Of a DNA stretch of 64,000 nucleotides, positions 17,944-27,586 are shown in pieces. The stretch comes from an uncultured Candidatus Saccharibacteria bacterium (GTDB lineage: Bacteria > Patescibacteriota > CALEFQ01), in contig OZ246404.1 of NCBI GenBank assembly GCA_965230955.1, positions 582,410-646,409 on the forward strand. The letters run 5' to 3'. The position numbers and the translations under genes are program-made. Each line of letters starts with the position of its first letter. Position 1 is the first letter of the stretch. A model generated the notes under the pieces. The model saw only the letters and a list, made by a program, of their open reading frames with translations, ran no database searches and was not told where the DNA came from.

Positions 17944-19440
17944 ATGAATCACAATATCTGGTTTTACAACCTGACCGCCCTTATTTCCGGCATGGCGATT
18001 ATGGCCGTCGAGATGACCGCCACCAGAATGATGAGCCCTTATTTCGGGACTTCTATTTTCGTTTGGACAAACGTGCTGGGCATAATTATGGCCGCCCTGG
18101 CTCTGGGCTATTGGCTGGGCGGTAAAACCGCCGATCGTTTCCCTACCGCCAAAGTGTTTTTTACCATCGTGGTAATAGCTTCGCTGGTCGTCTTGATTTT
18201 ACCATTTGCCGGACCGGTGACGCTCAAAGGCATCAGCCAATTAATTATTGTCGATGCCAATGCCCTGGTTTCCGCTTCACTGCTGGGGACTATTTTACTC
18301 TTTTTCCCGCCGTTTCTATTCCTGGGACTGATCAGTCCCTATTTGGTTCGCCTGATCAATCAGCGTGTCGAAAAAACCGGGCATACCGCCGGCAATGTCT
18401 TTGCCATGTCCACCATCGGCAGTATCATCGGGACCTTTATTCCTACCTTTGTGACGGTACCGTTGATTGGAGTCAAGCGGACGATTATCGTTTTCGGAGC
18501 GGCACTCTGCCTGCTCGGCGCGATCGGCCTGGGTCGCAAGGCGACCTACGCGCTTGTGCCGGTTTTTGCCGCGGCGCTGATATTTTCTGGGCCTTTCCTG
18601 CTGACCGGCGATCAGATTATCGCGCAAACGGAAAGCCCTTACAGTTACATTGAAGTGTCGGAAGATGACGGCGGAATAAGATATTTAGCTTTCAGCGAAG
18701 CCTACGCCATACAATCGCGCTTTGATCCCAAAAATGTACTAAACGGCGGACTCTACTGGGATTACTATTCTATCTTTCCCCCGCTTTTTTCCGGACAGGA
18801 AGTAAAAACCGCTATTATCGGAAATGCCGGCGGAACCATTCCCCGAATTCTCGATAAATACTATCCCGATATCAAAATAGACGGCGTAGAGCTGGATCCG
18901 GCGGTCAGCCGAGTGGCGCAAGAAAATTTCGCGCCCTTCCCCGAATCACTGACCCTGCATCACACCGATGGGCGTATTTTTCTCGAGCAAGCGGAAGAAC
19001 AGTACCAAATCATCATCATCGATGCCTATAAGGAACTGGCGATCCCGTCCCATTTAAGCAGCCGAGAATTTTTCTCGCTGGTCAAAAAACGACTGACTAG
19101 CGACGGTCTGGTCGCGCTCAATATCAACATCACCAACGAAGACAGTGAAATATACCAGCGCTTGCTGGTCACGCTGCAAAGCATATACGAACAAGTCTAC
19201 GATCTGCCGATTCCTCAGTCTTATAATCGGCTGATTGTCGCGACTGATCGGCAATCAAGCCTGAACGACGATCTCGGCGCCATCGATCCTTCCGCCGGAC
19301 TGGTAAAATACTTCGACTATACCGCTCGCGAGATACGGCGCCCGGACCAGATCTCGGCGCGCCAGATTACCGACGATCAACCGCTGACGGAAATAATCTA
19401 CGACACCATGATTTTGCAGGAACTGATGCGAATAAAATAA
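17944..19440 (+). CDS. Membrane-bound spermidine/spermine synthase-like protein (N-terminal multi-TM domain fused to aminopropyltransferase domain)
   Basis: 8-9 TM segments followed by GNAGG / DGVELDP / IIIDAY SAM-fold motifs. Confidence 0.6.
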   Translation: MNHNIWFYNLTALISGMAIMAVEMTATRMMSPYFGTSIFVWTNVLGIIMAALALGYWLGGKTADRFPTAKVFFTIVVIASLVVLILPFAGPVTLKGISQLIIVDANALVSASLLGTILLFFPPFLFLGLISPYLVRLINQRVEKTGHTAGNVFAMSTIGSIIGTFIPTFVTVPLIGVKRTIIVFGAALCLLGAIGLGRKATYALVPVFAAALIFSGPFLLTGDQIIAQTESPYSYIEVSEDDGGIRYLAFSEAYAIQSRFDPKNVLNGGLYWDYYSIFPPLFSGQEVKTAIIGNAGGTIPRILDKYYPDIKIDGVELDPAVSRVAQENFAPFPESLTLHHTDGRIFLEQAEEQYQIIIIDAYKELAIPSHLSSREFFSLVKKRLTSDGLVALNINITNEDSEIYQRLLVTLQSIYEQVYDLPIPQSYNRLIVATDRQSSLNDDLGAIDPSAGLVKYFDYTAREIRRPDQISARQITDDQPLTEIIYDTMILQELMRIK

Positions 19441-19455
19441 CCGAAGCTGAAAAAT

Positions 19456-19488
19456 AAAAATAGCTAAGAACCTCTTAGCTATTTTTTT
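19456..19488. terminator. Bidirectional rho-independent terminator between convergent genes
   Basis: aaaaatagctaag aacc tcttagctattttttt. Confidence 0.5.
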
Positions 19489-19494
19489 ATAACT

Positions 19495-19878
19495 TCAGGA
19501 TTTTCTCATCATCTGGCCCCAGACAACAAAAAACCACCAGCCGAATCCCCCGCAGAGCGCCGATGACGCCCAAGCGACAAACATCAATTCCGACAGCATA
19601 TTAAACAGCGGGACCAAAAATATAATCAAGCCTAAAAATATAAACATCCAAACCAGTGACCGGCCGGCGTTTTTCCCGGTGGCCGCCGCCGCGATCACCT
19701 TTCGATCGCGCCAATCAGTAAACCAACAGATAATCGCGCCGATCGGCAAACCGGCGACGGTGCCGATCAACAACAAAGGCTGATATCCGATTCCCCACCA
19801 CATACTCAAGAGATAATAAGCAAACCAAGCCAGGCCGGCCAGGCTGATCACCATTTGTATAATAAATTTTAGTTTCAT
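19495..19878 (-). CDS. Hypothetical membrane protein
   Basis: Four hydrophobic helices; start called at MKLKFII. Confidence 0.3.
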   Translation of the reverse strand: MKLKFIIQMVISLAGLAWFAYYLLSMWWGIGYQPLLLIGTVAGLPIGAIICWFTDWRDRKVIAAAATGKNAGRSLVWMFIFLGLIIFLVPLFNMLSELMFVAWASSALCGGFGWWFFVVWGQMMRKS

Positions 19879-19882
19879 GGAA

Positions 19883-20542
19883 TTAGGGTAATTTTTTTGA
19901 CACAGCCTCATCAATCGCGTCCAAATTCAAACGGCCTTCGTATTTTTCGCCATTGATATATAGCGTCGGCGTGGCATTGACTCCGGAACGCAGGCCGCCA
20001 TCTTTCTGGCTCGCGACCAAATCCTTATATTTGCCGCTATTCAATTCGTCTTTGAATTTATTCATATCAAGACCCAGCGACTGGGCCAGTTCATTTAGCT
20101 TTTCTGCGGTCAGCGTGTCCTGATTGGCAAAGACTTTCTGAACCATCTCCCAGAACTTTCCCTGGGCGCCGGCGGCTTCGGTCGCCTCGGCGGCTTTTTG
20201 GGCCAGTGGATGGCCGGCAATCGGAAACTGGCGAAAAACAAAACGAACATCGTCCGGATGTTTTTCCAGAAGCTGATCCACGGTTTTCAATTCAAATTGG
20301 GCGCAAGCCGGGCACTGGAAGTCACTGTAAACCACCAAGGTCACGCGGGGATCAGAGGCGCCGCGCGCATGATCCTGATCGCTGATCGGCTCGGCCAAGG
20401 CATTGTCATAACTCGGCTGAATATTCTCACCGGTCGTGTCCGCCGGGCCGCTGGAAAAATAAATTCCCAGCCAAACAACCGCGACAATGGCGGCAATGAC
20501 GAGGACGGGAATGATTATTAATTTTGGTTCTGGTTTGGACAT
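19883..20542 (-). CDS. DsbA-family thiol:disulfide interchange protein
   Basis: N-terminal anchor plus CPAC active site in a thioredoxin fold. Confidence 0.75.
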   Translation of the reverse strand: MSKPEPKLIIIPVLVIAAIVAVVWLGIYFSSGPADTTGENIQPSYDNALAEPISDQDHARGASDPRVTLVVYSDFQCPACAQFELKTVDQLLEKHPDDVRFVFRQFPIAGHPLAQKAAEATEAAGAQGKFWEMVQKVFANQDTLTAEKLNELAQSLGLDMNKFKDELNSGKYKDLVASQKDGGLRSGVNATPTLYINGEKYEGRLNLDAIDEAVSKKLP

Positions 20543-20551
20543 AATTTTTCA

Positions 20552-20604
20552 AGTCTTTGGTCTTTAGCTGTTGGTCTTTGGCTAAAAACCAAAGACTAAA
20601 GACT
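20552..20604. repeat. Palindromic tandem-heptamer element (GTCTTTG family)
   Basis: agtctttggtctttagctgttggtctttgg ctaaaaaccaaagactaaagact; lies about 10 nt from the 19883..20542 ATG. Confidence 0.8.
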
Positions 20605-20842
20605 ATTTTAGAGCTTTATCAATCTCATCTTTATTAAATCCCAAGATCATCTTGGCGCTTTCGCCCTCGCCGATATAAATGACCGGCACCCCCATCTGCC
20701 CGCTGCGCTGGACGGCTTCTTCGGCGTTTTTAGGATCGCTGACGTCTTTTTCTTCGTATTTGGCGCCGATCTGGCTGAAATACTGCTTGGCCATAGTGCA
20801 ATAACCGCACGACGGCGAAGTGTAAATAAGAATCTTTTTCAT
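20603..20842 (-). CDS. Glutaredoxin-like protein
   Basis: 79 aa with CGYC active site near the N-terminus. Confidence 0.7.
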   Translation of the reverse strand: MKKILIYTSPSCGYCTMAKQYFSQIGAKYEEKDVSDPKNAEEAVQRSGQMGVPVIYIGEGESAKMILGFNKDEIDKALK

Positions 20843-20848
20843 GAAATT

Positions 20849-21145
20849 TTATTTAACGAATAAACTGCCGATAGGATAAAAAATATAACTCAGAGGAGTC
20901 GAGACGGCTCGGTCCCAAAATCGAGCCAGTCCCGAATCGCGTTTCGAGGCGTGATAGAAACACTTCTCTCCGCAACAATCCTTTTGATCACCGGACGATA
21001 ATTCGCCGGACTGATTGAATTTACATTTCAAGTAAATCAAGCGTTCGCTATAATTGACGTGAAAAACACTGACATCAAGGCTAACCAAAAAACAAATTAC
21101 AATTAATGCGATAATAAAGATTTCACTGATGACATTACGCCACAT
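20849..21145 (-). CDS. Small membrane/Cys-rich hypothetical protein
   Basis: N-terminal TM segment plus CCGEKC. Confidence 0.25.
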   Translation of the reverse strand: MWRNVISEIFIIALIVICFLVSLDVSVFHVNYSERLIYLKCKFNQSGELSSGDQKDCCGEKCFYHASKRDSGLARFWDRAVSTPLSYIFYPIGSLFVK

Positions 21146-21223
21146 AGAGTCACTTGTTGATTTTAGCCTTTTTCTTAAGCACTTTCAAGGGGGAACTAAT
21201 CACCCAGGTGTTGATAACATCGG

Positions 21224-21490
21224 TCATGACTTCTTTTTATCGCGATAGACAAACCCCGGACCATTGGAATCTACATCTCCATCCGCTTCCTCTGGCTGAC
21301 GTAGCTTTTTGTCAGGAAAGTTGTCGGGATGCACATCGCCCTCAAACTGGACATTATCTTCTTCCGCGCCGGCAGAATCGGTCGGCTTCTTTTTTTCCGG
21401 ATCCTGGAAAACATCTCCCAATCTCATCATTTCCTGATCTTCCGCCGTGAGCCCCAAGTCTTTGGGACTGACTTCACGATGTTGTGGCAT
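21224..21490 (-). CDS. Acidic hypothetical protein
   Basis: 88 aa, highly acidic, low complexity. Confidence 0.25.
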   Translation of the reverse strand: MPQHREVSPKDLGLTAEDQEMMRLGDVFQDPEKKKPTDSAGAEEDNVQFEGDVHPDNFPDKKLRQPEEADGDVDSNGPGFVYRDKKKS

Positions 21491-21496
21491 AAATTT

Positions 21497-21555
21497 AAGT
21501 TAAAAGGTAAAAGGCAAAAAGCAAAAACAATTTTTACCTTTTACCTTTTGCCTTA
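21497..21555. repeat. Palindromic tandem-heptamer element, AAAAGGT variant
   Basis: aagttaaaaggtaaaaggcaaaaagcaaaaa caa tttttaccttttaccttttgcctta. Confidence 0.7.
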
Positions 21556-21912
21556 GGGATGATCAAGTACTCTCGGCTTTGTTGATTTTATTTTTTCACC
21601 AATCAAAACCAAAATCGCCGCGACCATGAAAGGCACGCCGGTCAACAATGCCGGTAAAAACTCATCGCCCAGCGCCTTGGAACCGTTGTAAGTAGACAGC
21701 ATGATGCCGACAAAAGCCAGCCAAATCGGCATGGGCTCTGGTTTAAACCAAGTAAAGATGGAGACTGAAACCATTCCTAGCAAAAGCGCCAGAAAAAGGA
21801 ACGGTAGTGTTCCCTGTCCGCCGAGAAATTCCCGGCCGGCCAGGTAGACATAGAAAACCGTTGCCAGCGCAGATATCAACGCGCCGATAATTGTCAGAAC
21901 GTGTAATTTCAT
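21553..21912 (-). CDS. Hypothetical membrane protein
   Basis: Four predicted TM helices. Confidence 0.3.
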   Translation of the reverse strand: MKLHVLTIIGALISALATVFYVYLAGREFLGGQGTLPFLFLALLLGMVSVSIFTWFKPEPMPIWLAFVGIMLSTYNGSKALGDEFLPALLTGVPFMVAAILVLIGEKIKSTKPRVLDHP

Positions 21913-21916
21913 ATTT

Positions 21917-22735
21917 TTATACTTTGGCTTTCATGAGGGGGCTAAAAAGCCAGCACAATAAAAAACTGACAAACCCGATCAAAACAATCGTCGCGCCCGA
22001 CGGCCAATCCAGCAGATAAGACGCGATCAAACCGACCACGACCACCGCCAGCGCCAAAATAACAGCATTGCGCTTCATCCCCTTAAAGGTGCGACTAATC
22101 AGCTTAGCCGAAGCCGCCGGAACAATCAACAGCGAGCTAACCAGTATGACTCCAACCAGCTTAACTCCCAAAACGACCGCCACCGCCAAAGAGACATAGA
22201 GAAAAATCGTCAGCCAGGAGGTTTTCAAGCCTTGCAATTCCGCTTGCTGGCGATCTAGTGACAGCAAACCCAGTTTTCGTCCCCAGAGACTTAGCAAGAT
22301 CAATAAAACTGCGGCCACGATTGTGATAATCAACGATTCGTCCAAAGTAACCGCTAGAATGTTGCCAAATAAATAACTGAGTAAATCCGGTTGGTAGCCC
22401 GGTATGACATTGATTACAATCACGCCCAGGGCTAAACTGGCCGTGAAAAAAATCCCAATCAGAGCATCGGAGCTGAGCCCTGTTTTGTGTTCAAATAAAT
22501 ACATCAGGAGAGCGATGCCGATCGCCCAAAGAACGGCCACCCACAAAGGCTGCCAACCAAGCAAAAGACCAAAAGCTATACCGGCCAGCGAAGCATGCGC
22601 CAGTCCGTCGCCAAAAAATGCCATACGTTTGATGGAAACATAAATGCCCAGCACGGCCAAAAGCGCGCCCAAAAAAAGTCCGGCAATTAAGGCCCGTTGC
22701 ATAAACGGAAATTGGAATATCTCAAGCAGAATCAT
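21917..22735 (-). CDS. Metal (Zn/Mn-type) ABC transporter permease
   Basis: ZnuB/TroC-like polytopic permease; overlaps the upstream ATPase by 14 nt. Confidence 0.7.
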   Translation of the reverse strand: MILLEIFQFPFMQRALIAGLFLGALLAVLGIYVSIKRMAFFGDGLAHASLAGIAFGLLLGWQPLWVAVLWAIGIALLMYLFEHKTGLSSDALIGIFFTASLALGVIVINVIPGYQPDLLSYLFGNILAVTLDESLIITIVAAVLLILLSLWGRKLGLLSLDRQQAELQGLKTSWLTIFLYVSLAVAVVLGVKLVGVILVSSLLIVPAASAKLISRTFKGMKRNAVILALAVVVVGLIASYLLDWPSGATIVLIGFVSFLLCWLFSPLMKAKV

Positions 22736-23471
22736 GGTGGTGAGAATAAGTGACCGAATTTTTGCCGTACATCGCCTGCAGGGCGGATTCATTTAAAACT
22801 TGGCCCGGACTGCCATTGCACAGAAGCTTTTGATTCAGACATAAAACTTGCGAAGCATAGCGATAAACAACTTCAAATTCATGGGAAACCAATACCACCG
22901 TCGTCCGGTGTTCTCGGCTGACGTGCTGGATCACCTGATAAAGCGTCTCTTGACCGCCGGTATCAATGCCGCTGGCCGGTTCGTCCAAAAAAAGAATTTG
23001 CGGCTGATCCAATAAAGCCCGCGCCACCAACACCCGCTGAAATTGCCCGCCCGACAATTCTCGCAACAACCTTTTCTGCATCTTGGTCACGCCCAGCCTC
23101 TCGTATAAATCCGTGTGCAGGCATCGCCGAGAAAAACACTCCGGCGAGGATAACTGCAAAAACTCGCCGACGGTAATCGGCAAAGTGCGATCGATTTCCA
23201 AACGCTGGGGTACATAGCCGATTTTTCCTCGAGAAGCTGCCGGCGGCCGGCCAAACAAATTAATTTTTCCCCGGTAGGGAATAAAGCCCGCCAGCGCCCG
23301 CAACAAAGTCGTTTTGCCGGAACCGTTCGGGCCAATAATCGCCGCCACCGCGCCGGCCGGTATCTCAAAACTAACATCAGTCACCACGGGCTGGGGGCCG
23401 AAAGAGACAGTTACATTTTTTACTTGAACCGCGGTTGGCATCTGTTTTTTCAGGGGTAGCCTTAAGGCCAC
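22722..23471 (-). CDS. Metal ABC transporter ATP-binding protein
   Basis: GPNGSGKTTLLRALAG Walker A; about 250 aa, ZnuC-like size. Confidence 0.8.
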   Translation of the reverse strand: MALRLPLKKQMPTAVQVKNVTVSFGPQPVVTDVSFEIPAGAVAAIIGPNGSGKTTLLRALAGFIPYRGKINLFGRPPAASRGKIGYVPQRLEIDRTLPITVGEFLQLSSPECFSRRCLHTDLYERLGVTKMQKRLLRELSGGQFQRVLVARALLDQPQILFLDEPASGIDTGGQETLYQVIQHVSREHRTTVVLVSHEFEVVYRYASQVLCLNQKLLCNGSPGQVLNESALQAMYGKNSVTYSHHHDSA

Positions 23472-23477
23472 CCCTAG

Positions 23478-24518
23478 TTAGGCCGCCGAAATTTCGGCCG
23501 GATCATGTATGCCGGTCTCGGTAATTATCTTTGTGATATATTTGGACGGAGTTACGTCAAAAGCCTGATTTAGAATGGGCAGAGCCGAGTCGATGAATTC
23601 AGGGTTGAGATAGCGCCAGAAATCCGCCGCCGGTCGAGTCTCGATCGGTATCGCCTCGCCCGTCGGCATCGCGCGATCGATCGTCGCCTCCACTGCCGCC
23701 ACGTAAAAAGGAATCTTGTTTTCCCGGGCTAAAACCGCCAGCGGATAAGTCCCGATTTTGTTGGCGACATCGCCATTGGTTGCGATTCGATCCGCTCCCA
23801 CCAAAACCGCCGATATCCGCCCCGCTCTCATAAGCGATCCCGCGGCGTCATCGGCAATCACGTGAAAATCAATCCCCGCTTGTTTCATCTCCCAAGCCGT
23901 CAAGCGCGATCCCTGAAGTTGTGGGCGGGTCTCATCGACGATAACCGTGAAATTTTTACCTTTTTCTTGGGCGGCATAGAGCGGAGCGGTAGCCGTGCCG
24001 TACCAAATGGCCGAAAGCGAGCCGGCATTGCAGTGCGTCAGTATCGTCATTTCGGAAGTTATCAGCTCTTGACCATACTGGCCCAGCCGGAGATTATTGC
24101 TCACTTCCGCTTGGAGAATTTGACTAGCCTCGGTATATAAAACTTCTTTTATCGGCTGATCTTTTGCTCGGGCGGCAGCCGACAGCATTTTATCGACGCC
24201 CCAGGCCAGATTAACCGCGGTTGGGCGGGTTTCGCGCGTCAAACGGTAAGCTACGACCTGCAAATTCTGCATCACTCTTGAATGATCACCGTGATCCGAT
24301 ACCGCCGCCAAATACATTCCCCCGATCCCCGCCGCGCCGATCGCCTGCGCCCCGCGCACTCGCATTGTTTTGATCGCGGCTATGACATCATCCACCGTCA
24401 GCAAATCCAGCCGGACTAATTTTTTCGGCAAGAGCGATTGGTCGATGATTCTGACGCGATCAGGAAAAATCTCGACCGTGTGAGGCAATTTGTTCTTTAA
24501 CTTTTCCGAACTGGTCAT
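23478..24518 (-). CDS. eIF-2B alpha/beta/delta-family isomerase (S-methyl-5-thioribose-1-phosphate isomerase MtnA or ribose-1,5-bisphosphate isomerase)
   Basis: MtnA/e2b2 family hallmarks across the length (RGAQAIG..., catalytic Cys in HCNAGSLS, GADRIAANGD-like GADRIATNGD). Confidence 0.75.
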   Translation of the reverse strand: MTSSEKLKNKLPHTVEIFPDRVRIIDQSLLPKKLVRLDLLTVDDVIAAIKTMRVRGAQAIGAAGIGGMYLAAVSDHGDHSRVMQNLQVVAYRLTRETRPTAVNLAWGVDKMLSAAARAKDQPIKEVLYTEASQILQAEVSNNLRLGQYGQELITSEMTILTHCNAGSLSAIWYGTATAPLYAAQEKGKNFTVIVDETRPQLQGSRLTAWEMKQAGIDFHVIADDAAGSLMRAGRISAVLVGADRIATNGDVANKIGTYPLAVLARENKIPFYVAAVEATIDRAMPTGEAIPIETRPAADFWRYLNPEFIDSALPILNQAFDVTPSKYITKIITETGIHDPAEISAA

Positions 24519-25071
24519 AAAAAAGTCCCAGCTTATTAAGAGCGGCTTCGAATGTTTCTCCAGCGATAAAAATACCGTGATTTTTAAGCAAAACAACTTG
24601 ATTATGGCCGATATTGCCGGCGACTTGCTCCGCCAAGTCCAGCGTGCCGTAAGGCTGATCGGGCAATAAGCAATTCGGTCCGGCCAGCGCCTCGTAATCG
24701 GTAAAACCGGACAAATGCGCGTGAAAAATAAAATTATACTTCGGGCATTTCTGATAACTCAAAAAATGCGACCGGCATTCCGAACTGGGCGGATACTCTC
24801 CCCGGTAGTAAACGGTATCGCCGTCGGCTTTCAGCACTTTGGAAAAATCGGTCGGTTGCAAATTATCGATATAGGCGCCGGTCCGCTTGATGATACAGCC
24901 GTCAGCCGTCCGTCCGCTGAAATTTCCGCCGTTCAAATCCAGGAAACCCCATTTCTGATAAAAGTCTTTCAGGCTAAAAAGCTGCTGGATAATTTGCTTT
25001 TCGTGTTTATCCGGATGCCAATCGCCTTTCTTGACCGCTTTGAATTTTACGCCGTGATAATCTTCACTCAT
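24460..25071 (-). CDS. Class II aldolase/adducin-family protein (MtnB-like dehydratase or fuculose-phosphate-aldolase-like)
   Basis: Class II aldolase fold with metal-binding His residues (HAHLSG..., KNHG). Confidence 0.6.
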   Translation of the reverse strand: MSEDYHGVKFKAVKKGDWHPDKHEKQIIQQLFSLKDFYQKWGFLDLNGGNFSGRTADGCIIKRTGAYIDNLQPTDFSKVLKADGDTVYYRGEYPPSSECRSHFLSYQKCPKYNFIFHAHLSGFTDYEALAGPNCLLPDQPYGTLDLAEQVAGNIGHNQVVLLKNHGIFIAGETFEAALNKLGLFYDQFGKVKEQIASHGRDFS

Positions 25072-25810
25072 TGGTTTTGATTAAGGCGGTCAACGCAATT
25101 TCAGCCGCTTTTGTTTCTTGATCGACCAAATTGCCTTTCTTGGCCAACGCTTGTTCGGCGTATTTCAAAATGCCGTCTTGGATATCTTTGGCGCCGGAGC
25201 GATTGACGACCAAAAAGACGCAGCCGGCTTTGGCTCCGCGGAGCCGCGAGACCAGCAAGACCGTCGAGCCTTCCATTTCCTGAGCCAAGACTCCCATCTG
25301 CCCCAGCTTTTCTTTACGCTCGAACAGATTGGGCGCGTAAAGTCCGTCCACGGAAACGGTGGTTCCGGTATGAAAAGGCGTCCCGGCCTCAACCGCCGCG
25401 CGCCGCAATTCTTGAAACAAATCAAAATCAGCTACCGCCGGCAAACTTGCCGGAGCGTAAGCAAATGTCGTCCCGTCGCCCCGCACGATGCTATCGGGAA
25501 TGACTAATTGTCCGATCTTAACCGCAGGAAGCAAACTTCCGCAAGACCCGACTCGAACGATTATTTTCACGCCGGTACGAATCATTTCTTCCACCGCAAT
25601 CGCCGCCGATGGCCCGCCGATCCCCGTCGAAACAATGGCCACCGGTTTGCCCCGGTAAATACCGCGCCAACTGACAAATTCCCGGTTCTGAGCCACTTTA
25701 ACCGGACTGTCCAACAATCGAGCTAAGCGAGACACCCTAGCCGGATCGCCGACAACGATAGCGCGCTCGGCTAGATCACCGGTATCACATAATAAATGGG
25801 GTTGTTTCAT
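25064..25810 (-). CDS. PNP/UDP-family nucleoside phosphorylase (purine-nucleoside or MTA phosphorylase type)
   Basis: VVGDPARV phosphate-binding motif and EMEG motif of DeoD-type phosphorylases. Confidence 0.6.
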   Translation of the reverse strand: MKQPHLLCDTGDLAERAIVVGDPARVSRLARLLDSPVKVAQNREFVSWRGIYRGKPVAIVSTGIGGPSAAIAVEEMIRTGVKIIVRVGSCGSLLPAVKIGQLVIPDSIVRGDGTTFAYAPASLPAVADFDLFQELRRAAVEAGTPFHTGTTVSVDGLYAPNLFERKEKLGQMGVLAQEMEGSTVLLVSRLRGAKAGCVFLVVNRSGAKDIQDGILKYAEQALAKKGNLVDQETKAAEIALTALIKTNE

Positions 25811-25814
25811 GATT

Positions 25815-25873
25815 GGTCTTTAGTCTTTGGTCTTTAGTCTTTGGCTAACGACAAACGACCAAAGACAAAAGAC
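25815..25873. repeat. Palindromic tandem-heptamer element (GTCTTTG family)
   Basis: ggtctttagtctttggtctttagtctttgg ctaacgacaaacgaccaaagacaaaagac; starts 4 nt from the 25064..25810 ATG. Confidence 0.8.
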
Positions 25874-25934
25874 GATACTTAGACTTTCTTTTTATCTGCG
25901 TGTATTATATCATTAGAAGCTAACAGAGCCAAAT

Positions 25935-26924
25935 ATGATCAATGGAACCAAAATCAAGGCGGAAATGAAGAAACTAGGCCAGCCGGACTATCGGCTGACC
26001 CAGGTTTTTCAAGCAATTTACAACCACGGAGCGGCTTCTTTCGATGATATCCGCCAATTTCCGGCCGATCTGCGCGCTCAACTGAAAGACTTCCCGATAG
26101 TCAATCTCCAGCGGGCGGAAGCGGAAAAGCGTCCCGAGGCGACAAAACTGTCACTGAAAACAGTTGACGGTTTTTTGATCGAAGCGGTCGTCATTCGCAT
26201 GCGCGATTATTATACCGTTTGCTTGAGCACCCAGATCGGCTGCCCGATGCAATGCGCTTTCTGTAAAAGCGGATCGATCCCCTTTCAGCGCAACCTGACC
26301 GCGGAAGAAATTGTCGATCAATTTCAACTTCTGTTTAACACCGTCAAACAAAAACCGCGCAACGTGGTCCTGATGGGTATGGGAGAACCTTTACTGAATT
26401 TCGATAATTCCTTGAAAGCGTTGGAGCTGCTTCATGATCCCCAACGCTGGAATATCGGCCAGCGGCAGATGACAATTTCCACCGTGGGAGTCAAAGGCAT
26501 GATCAGTAAATTGGTCCGCGCCAATATCCATCCCCGCCTAGCGATCAGCCTGCACGCGCCCAACCAGAAAATTCGCGCCCAAATAATTCCGGCCGCCAAG
26601 ACATTTCATCTGGCCGACCTGCTATCGGAAATCAAGGAATACGAACAAGCTTCCAAGCATCAAACGACTTATGAATACGTCATGCTGAATGGAATTAATG
26701 ACCAGCTCTATCACGCCGAGGAATTGGCAAAATTGTTTGATCCGAAAGACAGTATGATTAATTTAATTCCCTATAACTCGGTCTTTGCCAAATACCGATC
26801 CTCCTCGCCCGAGCAAATAAAAAAATTCGCCGGCATACTCCGTAAAACCTTCCGCCGAGTCACCATCCGCCAAAGCGCCGGGGAAAAGATTGCGGCGGCT
26901 TGTGGGCAATTAGCGTATAAATAA
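25935..26924 (+). CDS. rlmN: 23S rRNA (adenine2503-C2)-methyltransferase, radical SAM
   Basis: CPMQCAFC radical-SAM motif plus RlmN/Cfr family pattern (GMGEP, C-terminal Cys). Confidence 0.85.
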   Translation: MINGTKIKAEMKKLGQPDYRLTQVFQAIYNHGAASFDDIRQFPADLRAQLKDFPIVNLQRAEAEKRPEATKLSLKTVDGFLIEAVVIRMRDYYTVCLSTQIGCPMQCAFCKSGSIPFQRNLTAEEIVDQFQLLFNTVKQKPRNVVLMGMGEPLLNFDNSLKALELLHDPQRWNIGQRQMTISTVGVKGMISKLVRANIHPRLAISLHAPNQKIRAQIIPAAKTFHLADLLSEIKEYEQASKHQTTYEYVMLNGINDQLYHAEELAKLFDPKDSMINLIPYNSVFAKYRSSSPEQIKKFAGILRKTFRRVTIRQSAGEKIAAACGQLAYK

Positions 26925-26968
26925 ATGTAGGGGCGACCCCGCGTGGCCGCCCCTACAACCACACTCAC

Positions 26969-27466
26969 ATGAACCCAATCTCTGCTTTTAACAAAATCCG
27001 CGACATCCCCTACCAGATACCACTTTCTTCAAAAGAAAAGGACTGTTGTTGTGGCGGGAAACATCGCCAGCTAAAAGACCTTCTCGCCAAGTGCAATTAT
27101 GAGAGCCGCTATCGCATTTGCACTTTTCGTTGGAGCCAGCTGTCATTACCACCTGAATTATTGGCGGTACAACACGAGGACTTATGCACGCATGTTTTTC
27201 TAGAAGTGAGACTGCACGGCCAGCTGATCATGGTTGATGCCACTTGGGATCCGGGATTAAGAAAAATTCTGCCAGTTAATGACTGGAACGGGAGCTCCAA
27301 CACTACGCTCGCGGTACCTCCGATCGAAATTTTCACCCCAGAAAAAAGTGCGGCACTAATGGTTCACACCACTGACAATGACATTCTAAACGAAAAAGAT
27401 CTGAAGACAAACGGCAGATTCTACCAAGCGTTTAACGAATGGCTTGAGAAAAATCGCCAGCATTAG
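26969..27466 (+). CDS. Hypothetical protein, possibly transglutaminase-like Cys/His/Asp fold
   Basis: Cys-rich N-terminus (CCCGG), then His and Asp spaced as in transglutaminase-like cores; weak. Confidence 0.25.
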   Translation: MNPISAFNKIRDIPYQIPLSSKEKDCCCGGKHRQLKDLLAKCNYESRYRICTFRWSQLSLPPELLAVQHEDLCTHVFLEVRLHGQLIMVDATWDPGLRKILPVNDWNGSSNTTLAVPPIEIFTPEKSAALMVHTTDNDILNEKDLKTNGRFYQAFNEWLEKNRQH

Positions 27467-27515
27467 CAAACTACAATAGCCCAATTGCTCTGAGGCTTTT
27501 TTTGTTTAGAAAAGG

Positions 27516-27543
27516 TTGACTTTTTCGGCAGTTATGGTATAGT
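27516..27543 (+). promoter_or_regulatory. Sigma-70-like promoter for the 27587 gene
   Basis: TTGACT - 16 nt - TATAGT, followed by a strong AGGAGG Shine-Dalgarno sequence about 11 nt before the ATG. Confidence 0.45.
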
Positions 27544-27586
27544 TGTCAGTCGTAAAATTTCAACCTGAAAGGAGGATAAACAGGTT

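Noticed and set aside
23478-25810. Assigning the cluster specifically to the archaeal-type AMP/RuBisCO salvage pathway
   Set aside because: No RuBisCO or AMP phosphorylase in the window. The isomerase family alone cannot discriminate from methionine salvage.
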